Shown: positions 12,095-34,138 of the stretch, piece by piece
How positions within the stretch are numbered: position 1 is the stretch's first letter
Layout of the letters: each line of letters opens with the position of its first letter
From: Octopus bimaculoides
Taxonomy: Eukaryota
Direction of reading: 5' to 3'
Length of the DNA: 64,000 nt
Assembly (NCBI RefSeq): GCF_001194135.2
Contig: NC_068988.1
Span: forward strand, 30,852,618-30,916,617
Translations under genes and position numbers: made by a program
Notes under the pieces: generated by a model
Databases searched by the model: none
The model's input: the letters and a program-made list of their open reading frames with translations, nothing else
What the model was told of the DNA's origin: nothing

Positions 12095-12270
12095 TCAGCA
12101 ATTTTGGTGAAGATGTTAAGTCGAATACGTCGACCACCACCGCTCGACTGGTACTTATCTAATCGAACGCGGAAGGATGAAAGGCAATATGAACCTCGAC
12201 AGAATTTGAATTTAGAACGTATAAACGGACGAAATGCCGCGAAGCATTTTGTCACCGCCTTATTTGTTTG
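12095..12270 (-). mobile_element. tRNA-derived SINE fragment (family A); paralogous copies at ~27965-28175 and ~31235-31410
   Basis: Reverse complement of the gttcaaattccgccgaggtcgactttgcctttcatcctttcggggtcgataaattaagtaccag core seen at 58420-58490. Confidence 0.6.
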
Positions 12271-12593
12271 ATATGATATTGTTTACATTTTTTTCTGATC
12301 GTCCATTTGAAAATAAAGTACACATTTCAACACATTTCACTCTTATACATTTCATTTACCTTTGACATGCTAAACAAAAACCACACTTTATGACAGCGTT
12401 CTTTTGTTATTTATCTGCATTCGAATCTCATTTATCTTTCAATATTATAATGAATATAGAAATTCTAAATAAAGCTTTATTTCCATTGTTATTCACACGC
12501 TCTGTCGTTTTTGTTCTCTGTTTAAACGCTTATTTCTTCGACTGTATGTATATATTATTGTACCTGGGGAGAGTCATTTTCTTCTAGTGTTTC

Positions 12594-12676
12594 ATTATTT
12601 AACACATTCACCGGTTTGACTTCCACTCATTTACTTCAAATGAGTGGAAATCGAACCAGTGAGTGCCTTAAATAAT
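12594..12676. repeat. 83-nt inverted repeat (39-bp arms, 5-nt loop)
   Basis: Arms 12594-12632 and 12638-12676, with a perfect inner stem TTCCACTCATTT/AAATGAGTGGAA. Confidence 0.8.
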
Positions 12677-12692
12677 AAGGCACTAAAAGAGA

Positions 12693-13550
12693 ATGGCTCT
12701 GCCGAGACACGATAGAATATGCTTCAACATACGAATTCACATAAAGAATCTTGCTAACCAGATACAAAAACGAAATATATATATCAAGTGTTTCCTTCAA
12801 AAATACAACTCTGGTAACATACTAGTGATGGGTGATTTTAGCCTCACTTATATAAACTGGCTCACAAACACTCTGAAGTCAGGCAAACCCTCTACACCAG
12901 ACAAAGCTGCAGCAGAATTACTCTTTAATCTAATGGATGACTGTTTCCTGACTCCGCTAGTGCTCGAACCAACAAGACAGAATAAAACGATTTTGGATCT
13001 AATATTAACCAACCAATCTAGCTCTCTTCACAGCATTATTTCAGTTGAAAAAACTCTACTCTCGTACCTCGACATGATACTCCGCAACTTTAATTTTTGG
13101 AATATTAAAACCAAACCAACCAATCTCACTTCACTGCACTTACTTGACAACATAAACGCCCAGTAAGCGGACTAGGGAGCAATCCGAAAGGATCTGTCCT
13201 TTATCGATTGGTCCTTCACTCTCAGTCCACAGACATTGAGACATGGCTGTACTTTGATGATACTGTCACATATACTTGCTCAAAACACGCTCCTATGAAA
13301 TCCACTAACACAGATAGAAACCAACTCCCTAGAAAGAGGAAAAAACACTTATCATGTGCATCAAAAAACTTAATAAAAAATTCAACCAAATAAAATACTC
13401 TCACATACAACATTCACATGCAAAAACAATGAAAAGGCTGGAGTTGGAAAAACTTCATCTGAATACCGACATGAAAACCTCCATTGAAAATCAGAGAGCT
13501 GCAGAGGAACAGTGGGTAGTCAAAAAATTCAAACAGAACCCGGTGTAGAC
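12693..13550 (+). mobile_element. CR1/Jockey-like LINE AP-endonuclease fragment
   Basis: NILVMGDFSLTYINW...DDCFLTPLVLEPTRQNKTILDLILTN (APE motifs GDFN and PTR..LDL). Confidence 0.7.
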
Positions 13551-13658
13551 AACAAACAGATGTATTTGTATAACGCTCGGGAGTGAAAAAGTCTTTAACG
13601 TTTCGATCCTACGCTCTTCCACAGAAAGGATATACATGTATACATATACATATACATG

Positions 13659-13718
<60 letters not shown>

Positions 13719-13905
13719 NNNNNNNNNNNNNNNNNNNNNNNNNNNNNNNNNNNNNNNNNNNNNNNNNNNNNNNNNNNNNNNNNNNNNNNNNNNNNNNNNN
13801 NNNNNNNNNNNNNNNNNNNNNNNNNNNNNNNNNNNNNNNNNNNNNNNNNNNNNNNNNNNNNNNNNNNNNNNNNNNNNNNNNNNNNNNNNNNNNNNNNNNN
13901 NNNNN

Positions 13906-13945
<40 letters not shown>

Positions 13946-14339
13946 CTAATAAACTCACCGCTTACAATTTAAAAGCAATCGGAAGTTAAAACGTATGTAT
14001 TTAGGTGACGTAACAAGTTTCAACAAGAATTGTTTTCGTGTTCTTTAGTGTTCATAAACTGATCAACCAATCACAATTTCCAGTTGCTGCTTGTATAATA
14101 GAGTGTAAGGTCTAATGTGTACATGATTATTACTGAAGCTGATTACTTCATTGAATTTCGGAAAAAAAAATGTTAACACTTCATTTTTTAGTAAACAACA
14201 AAGTGTAAAAGCAAATAAGAATCTGTTTATTTACATTGACTACACAAACAATCGATACTGTGTTCGAAGTCTCTGAAACATTTATATATCATATATATTT
14301 ACTTACATAGATACGGCCACAATCACATCAGCACACTGA

Positions 14340-14370
<31 letters not shown>

Positions 14371-14488
14371 GTGTGTATATATATATATATACACAGGCAT
14401 ACATACATATATGCATACATACATGCATACATGTATACATACATACATGCATATTTTTAAATGTATCCATATACATGTATATATATAG

Positions 14489-14530
<42 letters not shown>

Positions 14531-15269
14531 NNNNNNNNNNNNNNNNNNNNNNNNNNNNNNNNNNNNNNNNNNNNNNNNNNNNNNNNNNNNNNNNNNNNNN
14601 NNNNNNNNNNNNNNNNNNNNNNNNNNNNNNNNNNNNNNNNNNNNNNNNNNNNNNNNNNNNNNNNNNNNNNNNNNNNNNNNNNNNNNNNNNNNNNNNNNNN
14701 NNNNNNNNNNNNNNNNNNNNNNNNNNNNNNNNNNNNNNNNNNNNNNNNNNNNNNNNNNNNNNNNNNNNNNNNNNNNNNNNNNNNNNNNNNNNNNNNNNNN
14801 NNNNNNNNNNNNNNNNNNNNNNNNNNNNNNNNNNNNNNNNNNNNNNNNNNNNNNNNNNNNNNNNNNNNNNNNNNNNNNNNNNNNNNNNNNNNNNNNNNNN
14901 NNNNNNNNNNNNNNNNNNNNNNNNNNNNNNNNNNNNNNNNNNNNNNNNNNNNNNNNNNNNNNNNNNNNNNNNNNNNNNNNNNNNNNNNNNNNNNNNNNNN
15001 NNNNNNNNNNNNNNNNNNNNNNNNNNNNNNNNNNNNNNNNNNNNNNNNNNNNNNNNNNNNNNNNNNNNNNNNNNNNNNNNNNNNNNNNNNNNNNNNNNNN
15101 NNNNNNNNNNNNNNNNNNNNNNNNNNNNNNNNNNNNNNNNNNNNNNNNNNNNNNNNNNNNNNNNNNNNNNNNNNNNNNNNNNNNNNNNNNNNNNNNNNNN
15201 NNNNNNNNNNNNNNNNNNNNNNNNNNNNTTCACACCCACACTTTAGTCATTTTTCCTAAGCAAAGACGA

Positions 15270-15540
15270 ATACAGTTGTACTATTGGAACCTATAGGGTC
15301 ACCCGAACATAACAGATGAGCATTATTTGTAATTCAACGGTACAACAGTATAAGACTATCCTTTCAGATATACTTGCATTGTGATTTCTGCAATGTGGTG
15401 CACAAATTGTCAAGTAAATGAGACGCATCTTTGCCTCCACTGATTCACTTGCAAAGTGTTGAGTAAAATTATTTCGTTGCAGACCTCCTTTTAGTCTTTT
15501 TATTATCACTGAGTCACACATAGTCCCCAGTTGGTAACAT
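15270..15540 (-). mobile_element. Degenerate mariner fragment
   Basis: VIIKRLKGG...QHFASESVEAKMRLIYLTIC...ISERIV resembles the mariner WVPHEL...FLDRIVT region. Confidence 0.45.
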
Positions 15541-16707
15541 TGATTTCAAGGCCTGGTGAGTGACTGGTTGTTCTAAGACATTTATTGATTGTAAACATTT
15601 TAGGCGCAGTTACCTATCGGTATAGTGGTCATTTGCAAACTCCAGAGGCGACACTTTCATTTCCCTTTACTCCAAACGTCACACGTTGTTATTTCAATTG
15701 GGTCATGCCCTTCCAATTGCTATACATCCGTAATGCACCTTACAGCTGTGCCTGTCACCTGTATGGTGAGGAATCCTACATTGGGGAGTAGTAACAACTA
15801 CGCTAGGGTAGCCGACTGATAATCGTGATCATTCATCTTTTGGTTTCCTGTAGCTTTACTCTCAGTATGTGTATGAGTGTGCGTGTGTGCTCTGTTGAGC
15901 ACAAAAGCGAAAAGATGTTAGGGGAAATAGTGATGGAATTGGAGGGTGAAAAACATCACAAATTGTTATTCTATGCATTACATAATACGTCATCGAATAG
16001 GTTATATATACAGGTTACCTGGTCACCAGGTTACCTGTATATGTAAGTAAATGGTACCTGATAATCAAAAAGAAACTTCTGAAGGCTTTCAGCTCCTAGA
16101 AACTATAAATTGCAATATATATATATATATATATATGTATTTATATATAGTATATTCTGTTGGTAAAATTCGTCACCGTCTGTTGGATTAATTTTTAATG
16201 CTTCTTCATAATTACTTCTTTAGCCAGTAATGATTTATTTTAAAATTTGTAGGGTAGATCAAAATGAATCGAACAAAATTTAATATATCATCAGCAACGT
16301 AATCGATCAAAGGTAAATCTGGCATTCAAAGTATATATCATTTTGACCAGATTGAAACGCACAGCTTCGGATTGAACTAAATATTATACAAAACTTGATC
16401 GATAATTAAAATGGGAGTTTGAGACATTCATGACTTTCACACTGGATAGCTGTAATATATTTAAATAAATAGAAAGTTACCAATATATTGATATTATATA
16501 TCAATATATTGGGGAGTTAAAATGTAAATCATTGATCACCAACCGTATATATAGATATATCATTATCGAAGAAGCTGCAGCTCAACTATAGTCTGTTCAT
16601 AGCACTTACTCAGCATTATCTGACACGTTTGGGTATATATATATAGCTTGCATCCAGTGGTTTATTTGCGAAGATCTGTGGGTAGAAGTAAAAATTCATT
16701 AAAGAAA

Positions 16708-16857
16708 TAACCAAGCTGACGGTAAAGTTAATCATTTACTTATCATCTGAATTGTAAAACATTCTGACAAGAAAGAAAAAATAAAAGCAACTTCATAATC
16801 CCTCTAGTTTAAGATCGTGTTTTAGAAAAGTGAAATAATCTGAAGACAACTTCCAAG
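16708..16857 (+). promoter_or_regulatory. Putative promoter / non-coding first exon of paralog 2 (donor AAG|GTAAGT at 16857/16858)
   Basis: Coding exon 1 is preceded by an acceptor, so an upstream exon is required. A strong donor lies 315 nt upstream. A 51-bp block (16708-16758) is identical to 29595-29645. Confidence 0.5.
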
Positions 16858-17010
16858 GTAAGTTCGTGTTGTTCTACTATCTTTAGACGAGTGAAAACAA
16901 TTTGACGATATTGTTTTACAATATATTTCCTTTGTTCAAAGCTTAGTCTGACTGCCATCATTAATTCCAGTGATTTTTATCGAGAAAGAAAAAAACATCA
17001 GTTCAGTTAT

Positions 17011-17019
<9 letters not shown>

Positions 17020-17043
<24 letters not shown>

Positions 17044-17058
17044 GTCTCTCTCTTCTCT

Positions 17059-17122
<64 letters not shown>

Positions 17123-17152
17123 TCTCTCTCTCTCTGTATATATATATATATA
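17020..17152. repeat. (CT)n/(TA)n microsatellite
   Basis: Directly visible, upstream of the paralog 2 exon-1 acceptor. Confidence 0.95.
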
Positions 17153-17180
17153 TTGCTTTATATATTTTTCAGGAATGAAA

Positions 17181-26576
<9,396 letters not shown>

Positions 26577-28578
26577 GTTTTATGTTATTACTGAAATTAT
26601 GTACGGTAATAAATACATACATGCATATTTGTATGCGTAAAAAATATATTTATATATATTTGCAAATATATGTGTGTGTATATATATATATATATNNNNN
26701 NNNNNNNNNNNNNNNNNNNNNNNNNNNNNNNNNNNNNNNNNNNNNNNNNNNNNNNNNNNNNNNNNNNNNNNNNNNNNNNNNNNNNNNNNNNNNNNNNNNN
26801 NNNNNNNNNNNNNNNNNNNNNNNNNNNNNNNNNNNNNNNNNNNNNNNNNNNNNNNNNNNNNNNNNNNNNNNNNNNNNNNNNNNNNNNNNNNNNNNNNNNN
26901 NNNNNNNNNACAAACTGATGTAATATGTATGCATATATATATATATGTTTATATCTTCAACAAGATATAATCATTTCGAAGTCTTGGGATGCTAAACAGT
27001 CAATAATAATAATAAAAGAATGTATATATCAACCAATAATAAATAAGAAATGAATGTATATAAAATACTTATTATATTAAGATAGAAAAATATTATTAAA
27101 AATATCAAAATTATAAATGTTCCTTAATTAACTTTACGTTTATTATAATGTAAACTAACAGAAATATTATATGCAAAAACTAATTTTAACGAATCTTTGT
27201 AATCTAACCTGAAGATTAACTATATTTTTGAATAGAATTGATGTTCGATAGTTTTAATCGATTCAAATATTTTTTCTATTTGAAAATTTGGTTATGAGAC
27301 ACGTGTAGTCGTTTTATTATCATTATCTTATGATATTTACTTTGTATTATATTATACTTATTTATTGTGCTTTTACTTATTAATTTTCTATATGTGACTG
27401 GATTTTCATCGATGAGTTCATGAACATTGGTTCTTTTCTCTAAAACTATATATTTATATTTTACAATGTGAAACTTAGTTTAATTTTAATTTTTAATAAA
27501 TTGAATTGAATCGGGATTTTACCTGTAAATTTGGATTTTTATCCCTAATATTATTGTTATATATACATATATATACATATATCTTCAACGAGAATATTAT
27601 TGACAATTCTCCATGCATTAATTGTTAGACAATAAATCCCGTTTCAGTTGCAACATTTTCGTCAGTTATAAAACCGTTGAACACAGAGACAGACATCATT
27701 AGGGGACAAAATTGATACAAATCAAATTCTCATCAAACACTGCATTGTCCTGCTAGAGTAGCATATAAAAGGGTATAGATTGGTTTAAGACGATCCCAAA
27801 CAAAAGGAATGCCTTTTCCTACATTTTAGCACCAAAAATTATTACACATCAATAATAAAATCTATGATTATGGTTGACACAGTTATACAAAGACAATAAC
27901 TACAATGGGCGACACAAAAATAGAAAGAATATTACAAACAAAGATATCACTTACCTTCCATAGTTTGAAATTTTGGCGGGATCCCAGCAATTTTGGGGAA
28001 GGTGTGAAATCGATTACGTCAATCCCACTGCTCGACTGATACTTACCTCATCGATCACAAAAGAGTGAATTGTAATATTGACCTCGGCGGAATTCGAATT
28101 TAGAAGTATAACTTTACAAAATGCCGCCAAGCAGATTGTCCAGTTTCCTAACGGTTCTGCCTGCTCGCCGCCTTATTTGATTGATATAATACTGCTTAAT
28201 TTTTTCATACCGTCGTACTTTGGAAAGCTAAGTACACATTTTGACACCTCTCGCTCATGTATATTTCACTTACTTTTGACATACTAAAGAACTATAACAG
28301 TTTATGACTGTTATTTTGTTATTTATGTGCATTTCAATCTCATTTACCTTTCAATATTTTAATGAATACAAATTTTAAATAAAGCTCTATTTACATTGTT
28401 ATTCACACGTTCTGCCTTTTTATTTTCTACTTAAATGATCGTTTTTCCTTTACTTTGTTACATTATTAACCCTTCGTGGGCGGGCGGTGGCCCTTGAGAC
28501 CCTATAAAAGTTTAGAAGTTATGCACCAAATGAACCTGTTTTGGACTAAATTGTGCCTGGAAACTGGGATTATGTTTA

Positions 28579-29165
28579 ACCAGCTAGATGAATCGTTAAT
28601 ACGCCGGGAAAAATGCTTAAATCTGTGTTCAAATCCTACTGGCGTTGATTTTGCCCTTCATTCTTTCTGAGTCGATAAAATAAGATCCTCCCCGGATCTT
28701 TTTGGTTTGACGGACACCAAAACAAAAAGGTCCGCACTCAATACGTGTAGAGTGTATATTGAATATATGCATTAACAGTAGGGTTTCAGCCAGATGAATC
28801 TTTAATATGTGGGGGAAAATGCTTAGATCTGTGTTCAAATTCAGTTAGCGTTGACTTTGCCCTTCATTCTTTCTGAGTCGATAAAATAAATTCCTCCCCG
28901 TATCCTTTTGGTTTGATGGACACCAAAACAAAAAGGTCCACAATTAATGCGCGTAGAGTGTATATTGAATATATGTATTAACAGTTGTGAGGCCAGCTAC
29001 ATGAATCGTTTATACGCCGGGAAAAATGCCAATTCTGTGTTCAAATTCAGTTGGCGTTGACTTTGCCCTTCATTCTTTCTGAGTCGATAAAATAAGTTCC
29101 TCCCCGGATCTCTTTGGTTTGACGATCACCAAAACAAAAACATCCGCACTCAATACGTATAGAGT
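28579..29165 (+). repeat. Tandem trimer of a ~207-bp unit with a SINE-like head
   Basis: Units start at ~28579, ~28786 and ~28992. Each contains gaatcgtt...cgccgggaaaaatgc...gttcaaat...gactttgcccttcattctttctgagtcgataaaataag. Confidence 0.8.
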
Positions 29166-29199
29166 CAATTCGTCAGCAACTGTTGGATAATTTTTTATG

Positions 29200-31690
29200 C
29201 TTTAGCATGATCGTTTAAATTTTGTAAGGAGATGAACATGTATCGAATCAAACGTAATATATTATAAACAAATTAATCGCTCGAACATTCAAATTGTATG
29301 TGATGTTCGCGAGAGCCAAACGCAAAGTTCAAGATTAAACTAAATACTGTTAAGAGATTTGATCGATAAATAAAATATGTGTTTGCGATGTTCATGAGTT
29401 TGATTCAAGATGTCTATAAGCTATCCAGTGCAATATGTACAAAGCAATAGAAAGCTATGATACATTAATTTATCAATATACTGAGATGTTAAAAGTAGCC
29501 TCATTTGTCCACACACCGTATCAAGATAAGTAGCTTGTTTCGATTGGTTTGATTGCCAAGATCAGTGGATAGAAGTAGATGTCTATTGAAATAGTAACCA
29601 AGCTGACGGTAAAGTTAATCATTTACTTATCATCTGAATTGTAAAGCATTCTGACAAGAAAGTGAATGCAACTTCATAAGACCTCTACTTTAAGAACGTA
29701 TTTAAGAACAGTGAAATAACCTGACGGCAAATCCTAATCTAAGTTCGTGTTGTTCACATATCTTTACAAGAGCGGAAAGCATTTGTTGATATTATTTTAA
29801 GACCATATCATTTTTATCGAAACCAGTGTAGATAAATCAACTGATTTCATCATTCAGCGGAATTGACCTTATTTTAGTCTTAAATAGGATGAAACACGAT
29901 AAACCCAATACAAAATACGCACATTTATCACACCTGGAGAAAGAAACATTAACGACCATACGCTGTTGTTTCCTGTGAGACACTTCTAGATAAACAAATT
30001 TCAGCCAAACGTAAAGTTTATTTAGCAACCCTGAAGAAGCTACGAATCTTCAAAGTAAGTAAACTAGTTAGATATTACTAATCGAAAGTGTGATAAGATA
30101 CTACAAATGTTTCATGTGTTGGAAATTACTGTAGTTGATTTTTGCTTTCATTACATTAGGTCTTCCTATTTCCAGTGAGAGTGGAATGAAGAACGGTGGG
30201 TTTCTAGAATCAAGCATCGACTGATTAAAATGTTTAGTGTTCAGAAATGTACTTTTACGTTCTAGTTTCGAATCACACCGTGGCGAAATTTGCTGCTCGT
30301 CCATCTGCCTCCTATGTGATGAGTGGAGATCTACCAGGACTAAACTTACCGCACCAACACCAACCTGTATGTTTAAACACACGACAGTCTTCATTCTTCT
30401 CCCTCACACCTCTTATCCTCTTTCATTCCCCCTCTACCGTAATTGACTCTCTTGTCCCAGCGATAAACTGTTGTTTAGTTTATATAAGATAATCCATAAT
30501 ATACCAGTTTAACGCAAAATTTTATTGCATGAGCAATCTTTCAAATTGTCTTCACGACCTGACTGCATCCTGCAAACTACTCAGTTGTCTCAAGTAGTGT
30601 ATAGTAGGGCGTGTTCCAAGTATCATTATGACCACCTCCTTTAGTCTGGAATAAAAACAAATAACCATGGCAGGTCAGCTTATTATATGCCTTGTATTAT
30701 TATAACAACAATATAGACAGTTATAATTGTCTCTCCTGAAACAAAGTCTCAAAATTTCTGGAATGCAGCTCGATCATTCTTTTTTAGAACATTGGTTCTC
30801 GAGCAAGTAAAAGAAGCTGGACATCCACGGGCAGTCTTCGATATTTTCTGTCCCAAGGATTCTTATTACTTCTTTTGTTGCACGAATTCTGCACTATCTT
30901 TCACACCACTTCACTCATTCTAAGATGAAATATTTTGATAACTGGTAAAATTTCTATATATTAAAATAATGATTTACTAAGAGTGAACAGCCATTTAATT
31001 CAACTTTAGTACACTACTAACATTTGTTAGTTCCATAGATTCCATTTCAGTTGACATACGCTGATGCATAAAGTCAAACCGTCCACAGACCAATTCACGA
31101 ATATCACTTCTTCTAAGGATTAACCAATATATCAATTTTTACTATCGGTGACCATACTCTGTTTTCACCTTGTTTGAATTTTATTCTTCTCATTCGTGTA
31201 ATTTCAAATTTTGGCGCAAGTTCAGCAATTTGAGAGAAGATGTTAAATCGATTACGTCGACCCCACCGCTCAACTGGTATTTATTATGTCGATCTCGATA
31301 GAATGAAAAGGAATATGAATCTTGGTGGAATTTCAATTTCGAACGTATAAACGGACGAAATGTCACTAAGCATTTTCTCCAGTATCCTAGCGTTTCTGCC
31401 AGCTCGCCGCTTTATTTGTTTCATATGAAATTGTTTAAAAAACATTTCTGGTCGTACTTTGGAAAACTAAATACACGTTTCGACACCGTTCACTCTTATA
31501 TATTGCAGTTACTTTTCACATGCTAAAAAAAGTGACAGTGTTCATTTGCTATTTATCTCCATTTGCATCTTATTTACCTTTCAATATTATAATGACTACA
31601 GAGATTATAATAAAGCTCTATTTCCATTGTTATTCAAATGATCTGTCTTTTTGTGTTTTGTTTAAATGCTTGTTTTTATCGACTTTCTAA
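29200..31690 (+). pseudogene. Gene-less relic tandem unit: copy of the paralog-2 upstream region (29200-29830 ~ 16200-16990) followed closely by a copy of the paralog-1 3' flank (30530-31690 ~ 11330-12560)
   Basis: Visible colinear similarity on both sides, no coding exon homologue between them, and the donor AAGGTAAG is altered to AATCTAAG. Confidence 0.6.
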
Positions 31691-32234
31691 CATTATTAAC
31701 TTCAATATCGCCTGCCTTTCTTGCACGCTGGCGTAAGTGTGTCATTTTTAATCATCTTCTATTTCATGTTTGTATATTACTCAGTGTACACGTGTGTGTA
31801 CAAATAAACATTACATATTCGAAGCTTAATTTTCTGTTACAGGTTAAAATATACCCTCACTTAAATTTGCGAACTTAAGAGAACTGATTTCTTAAAAAAA
31901 CATATGAATGAGCCATTTCCAAAAACATTCTTAAACCATACGAAATATAAAGAGGCAGGATGTCTCGGTATCAACCTACATTGGATAATGTTTCATTATA
32001 GAAAATTATGTCACTGAAACGAAATTCAATACTTAACCGTTGCTGTTCTGTGATTAAAGATAAATAACATCAACTTCCTGGTCACCAGTAACCAAACTTA
32101 TATTTGTTTAACATCCAAGCTTCTCAATTCAAATTTATTGATTTAATACGTATTTTATTATTTATGCGCCCTTTTAAAGCCTAGACAGGCTCATGGGCCC
32201 GGTTTATTATTCTAAAATAATCTTTTCTACTCAA

Positions 32235-32435
32235 GGCACAATACCCGAAATTTTTTTGAGAGGAGACCAGTCGATTAGTTCGACCCCAGTACGCAACCGG
32301 TACTTAATTTATCGACCTCGAAAGGATGAAAGACAAGGTCGACCTTGGCGGAATTTGAACTCAGGACGTAATGACAGACGAAATGCTACTAGGCAGTTCG
32401 CCCGGCGTGCTAACGTGTCAGCCACCTCACCACCT
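32235..32435 (-). mobile_element. tRNA-derived SINE (family A)
   Basis: Clear reverse-complement match to 58368-58578. Confidence 0.8.
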
Positions 32436-33498
32436 TTCCAGCTATTTTAATTTAAATTGATACGAAATCCAGCACCAGAATTTGCCCTAGTTAAAACCGG
32501 AGACGTTGTGTCGAAATAGCAGACTCATGTAAAACTCAAAGATTGTAAGACGTATACAAATGCTGTTAAAGTTCTTTTAATCTTTTAAAGTTAGCAAATA
32601 ACATTTCCCACGCTGGGGCCAACCATTTTACCATTAATTTTTTAAGTAGTAGTTGATTTAGAAACCAAAAATGTGCTTTAGAAATATGGCAGACGAGTCT
32701 TTTTTTCTTGGATAAGAATATTTTATTTAACAACGATTAAAAGAATAACTGGGTCGCGGCGGACCNNNNNNNNNNNNNNNNNNNNNNNNNNNNNNNNNNN
32801 NNNNNNNNNNNNNNNNNNNNNNNNNNNNNNNNNNNNNNNNNNNNNNNNNNNNNNNNNNNNNNNNNNNNNNNNNNNNNNNNNNNNNNNNNNNNNNNNNNNN
32901 NNNNNNNNNNNNNAAAATCAGAATATTCCAGAAAGTTTAATGGGCAAATGACAGAAAAAGATAAGTGAAAGTGCATGTGTGAGAAATATCTTCAATTTCC
33001 AATTTAAACATCGATACATGCTGGTGAAACAAACTCTCCAATAAGGAATTTAAAGATACATCTGCTGTTATATTGTAAAATAGATTCAGGTGATTTTTTT
33101 CAAAGAATTTACTGCAGGTGTCACAGAGTTATTAGTGTATCTGCTTGAAAGTGCGACTACAGTCAGATTTCTCTTAGTTCCAAACGTAAAATATAGTTAG
33201 GTGATCACTAAAAATTAAAGAGCTTATTTTTTAGTGTAAAATCATATAAACTGCAAGAGACAATTGACGTATAAGTAGGTATGTGTGAAACTAACATATA
33301 TGTGTGAACGTGAGAAGTGGATATCTTGAATGAACTTCGATAACTGGTACTATTTTTATATATGTATTCGTTAAATGAAACAAGAAGGCACCATTTTGAT
33401 AGAATTCTAAGCGCGTTATGATTTTCGATTGTAGACAATTTGAAGTTTAATAGCTGTTTAGTCCTTCACTTTCCCCTCTCTCACACTCTTTCCCTAAC

Positions 33499-33551
<53 letters not shown>

Positions 33552-34088
33552 TATAAACACACATACATACACACGCCTACAATAATTCTATCATGAAAGA
33601 GTCATTATAGCATCTGACACATTCCTTCAAATTACACGTTATCGACTTGAAATTATCAGCACACGTTAGACAATGTCTTCCAAGATATGCAGCAAAAGGT
33701 AATGAACATCATTCGAATCCATTTGAGTGTAATTTTCTCTTTCGATAGGGCCTTGGAGATAAACAGCAACATATAATCATTTCCTATGATATCACCTTTC
33801 ATTGTTCATTACATTTACACTTTATATCTGTCTCTAAGTGTCTGCTCCTATCTATCCTATTTATGTATCTAATTGTCTCTCTCGGTCTGTTTGTCTATCT
33901 ATCTATCTATATATCTATCTATCTATGTGTGTTTACTCCTGTATTATGTATGTATGTGTCTATGATTGTATATATGTATTTATCTATGTGTTATGCATTT
34001 ATGTATGCATGTATGTGTGTATGTATGCATGAATGCACCGATGTATGTAAGGATATCAGCATACACAATATCTGATTTAATTCATATT

Positions 34089-34138
34089 CTATTTGAAAAG
34101 GACAGAGATGACCATCAGATCAAGAGCAACTTCATCTG
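34089..34138 (-). CDS. Paralog 3 terminal coding exon 5
   Basis: tttttcag|CA..., (A)[15 protein letters not shown]. 50 nt, as in paralog 1. Confidence 0.75.

Noticed and set aside
13550-13630. Shared ~80-bp motif (acgtttcgatcctacgctcttc) also at ~45885-45975, considered as a cluster regulatory element
   Set aside because: Not at equivalent positions relative to the genes and next to microsatellites. More likely a dispersed repeat terminus.
26980-27620. Very AT-rich tract considered as a NUMT or origin-like element
   Set aside because: No recognisable mitochondrial gene, tRNA or rRNA similarity. Probably the 3'UTR or flank of paralog 2.
28579-29165. CRISPR-like or tRNA array
   Set aside because: The ~207-bp units are homologous along their whole length, with no unique spacers, no cas genes and a eukaryotic context.
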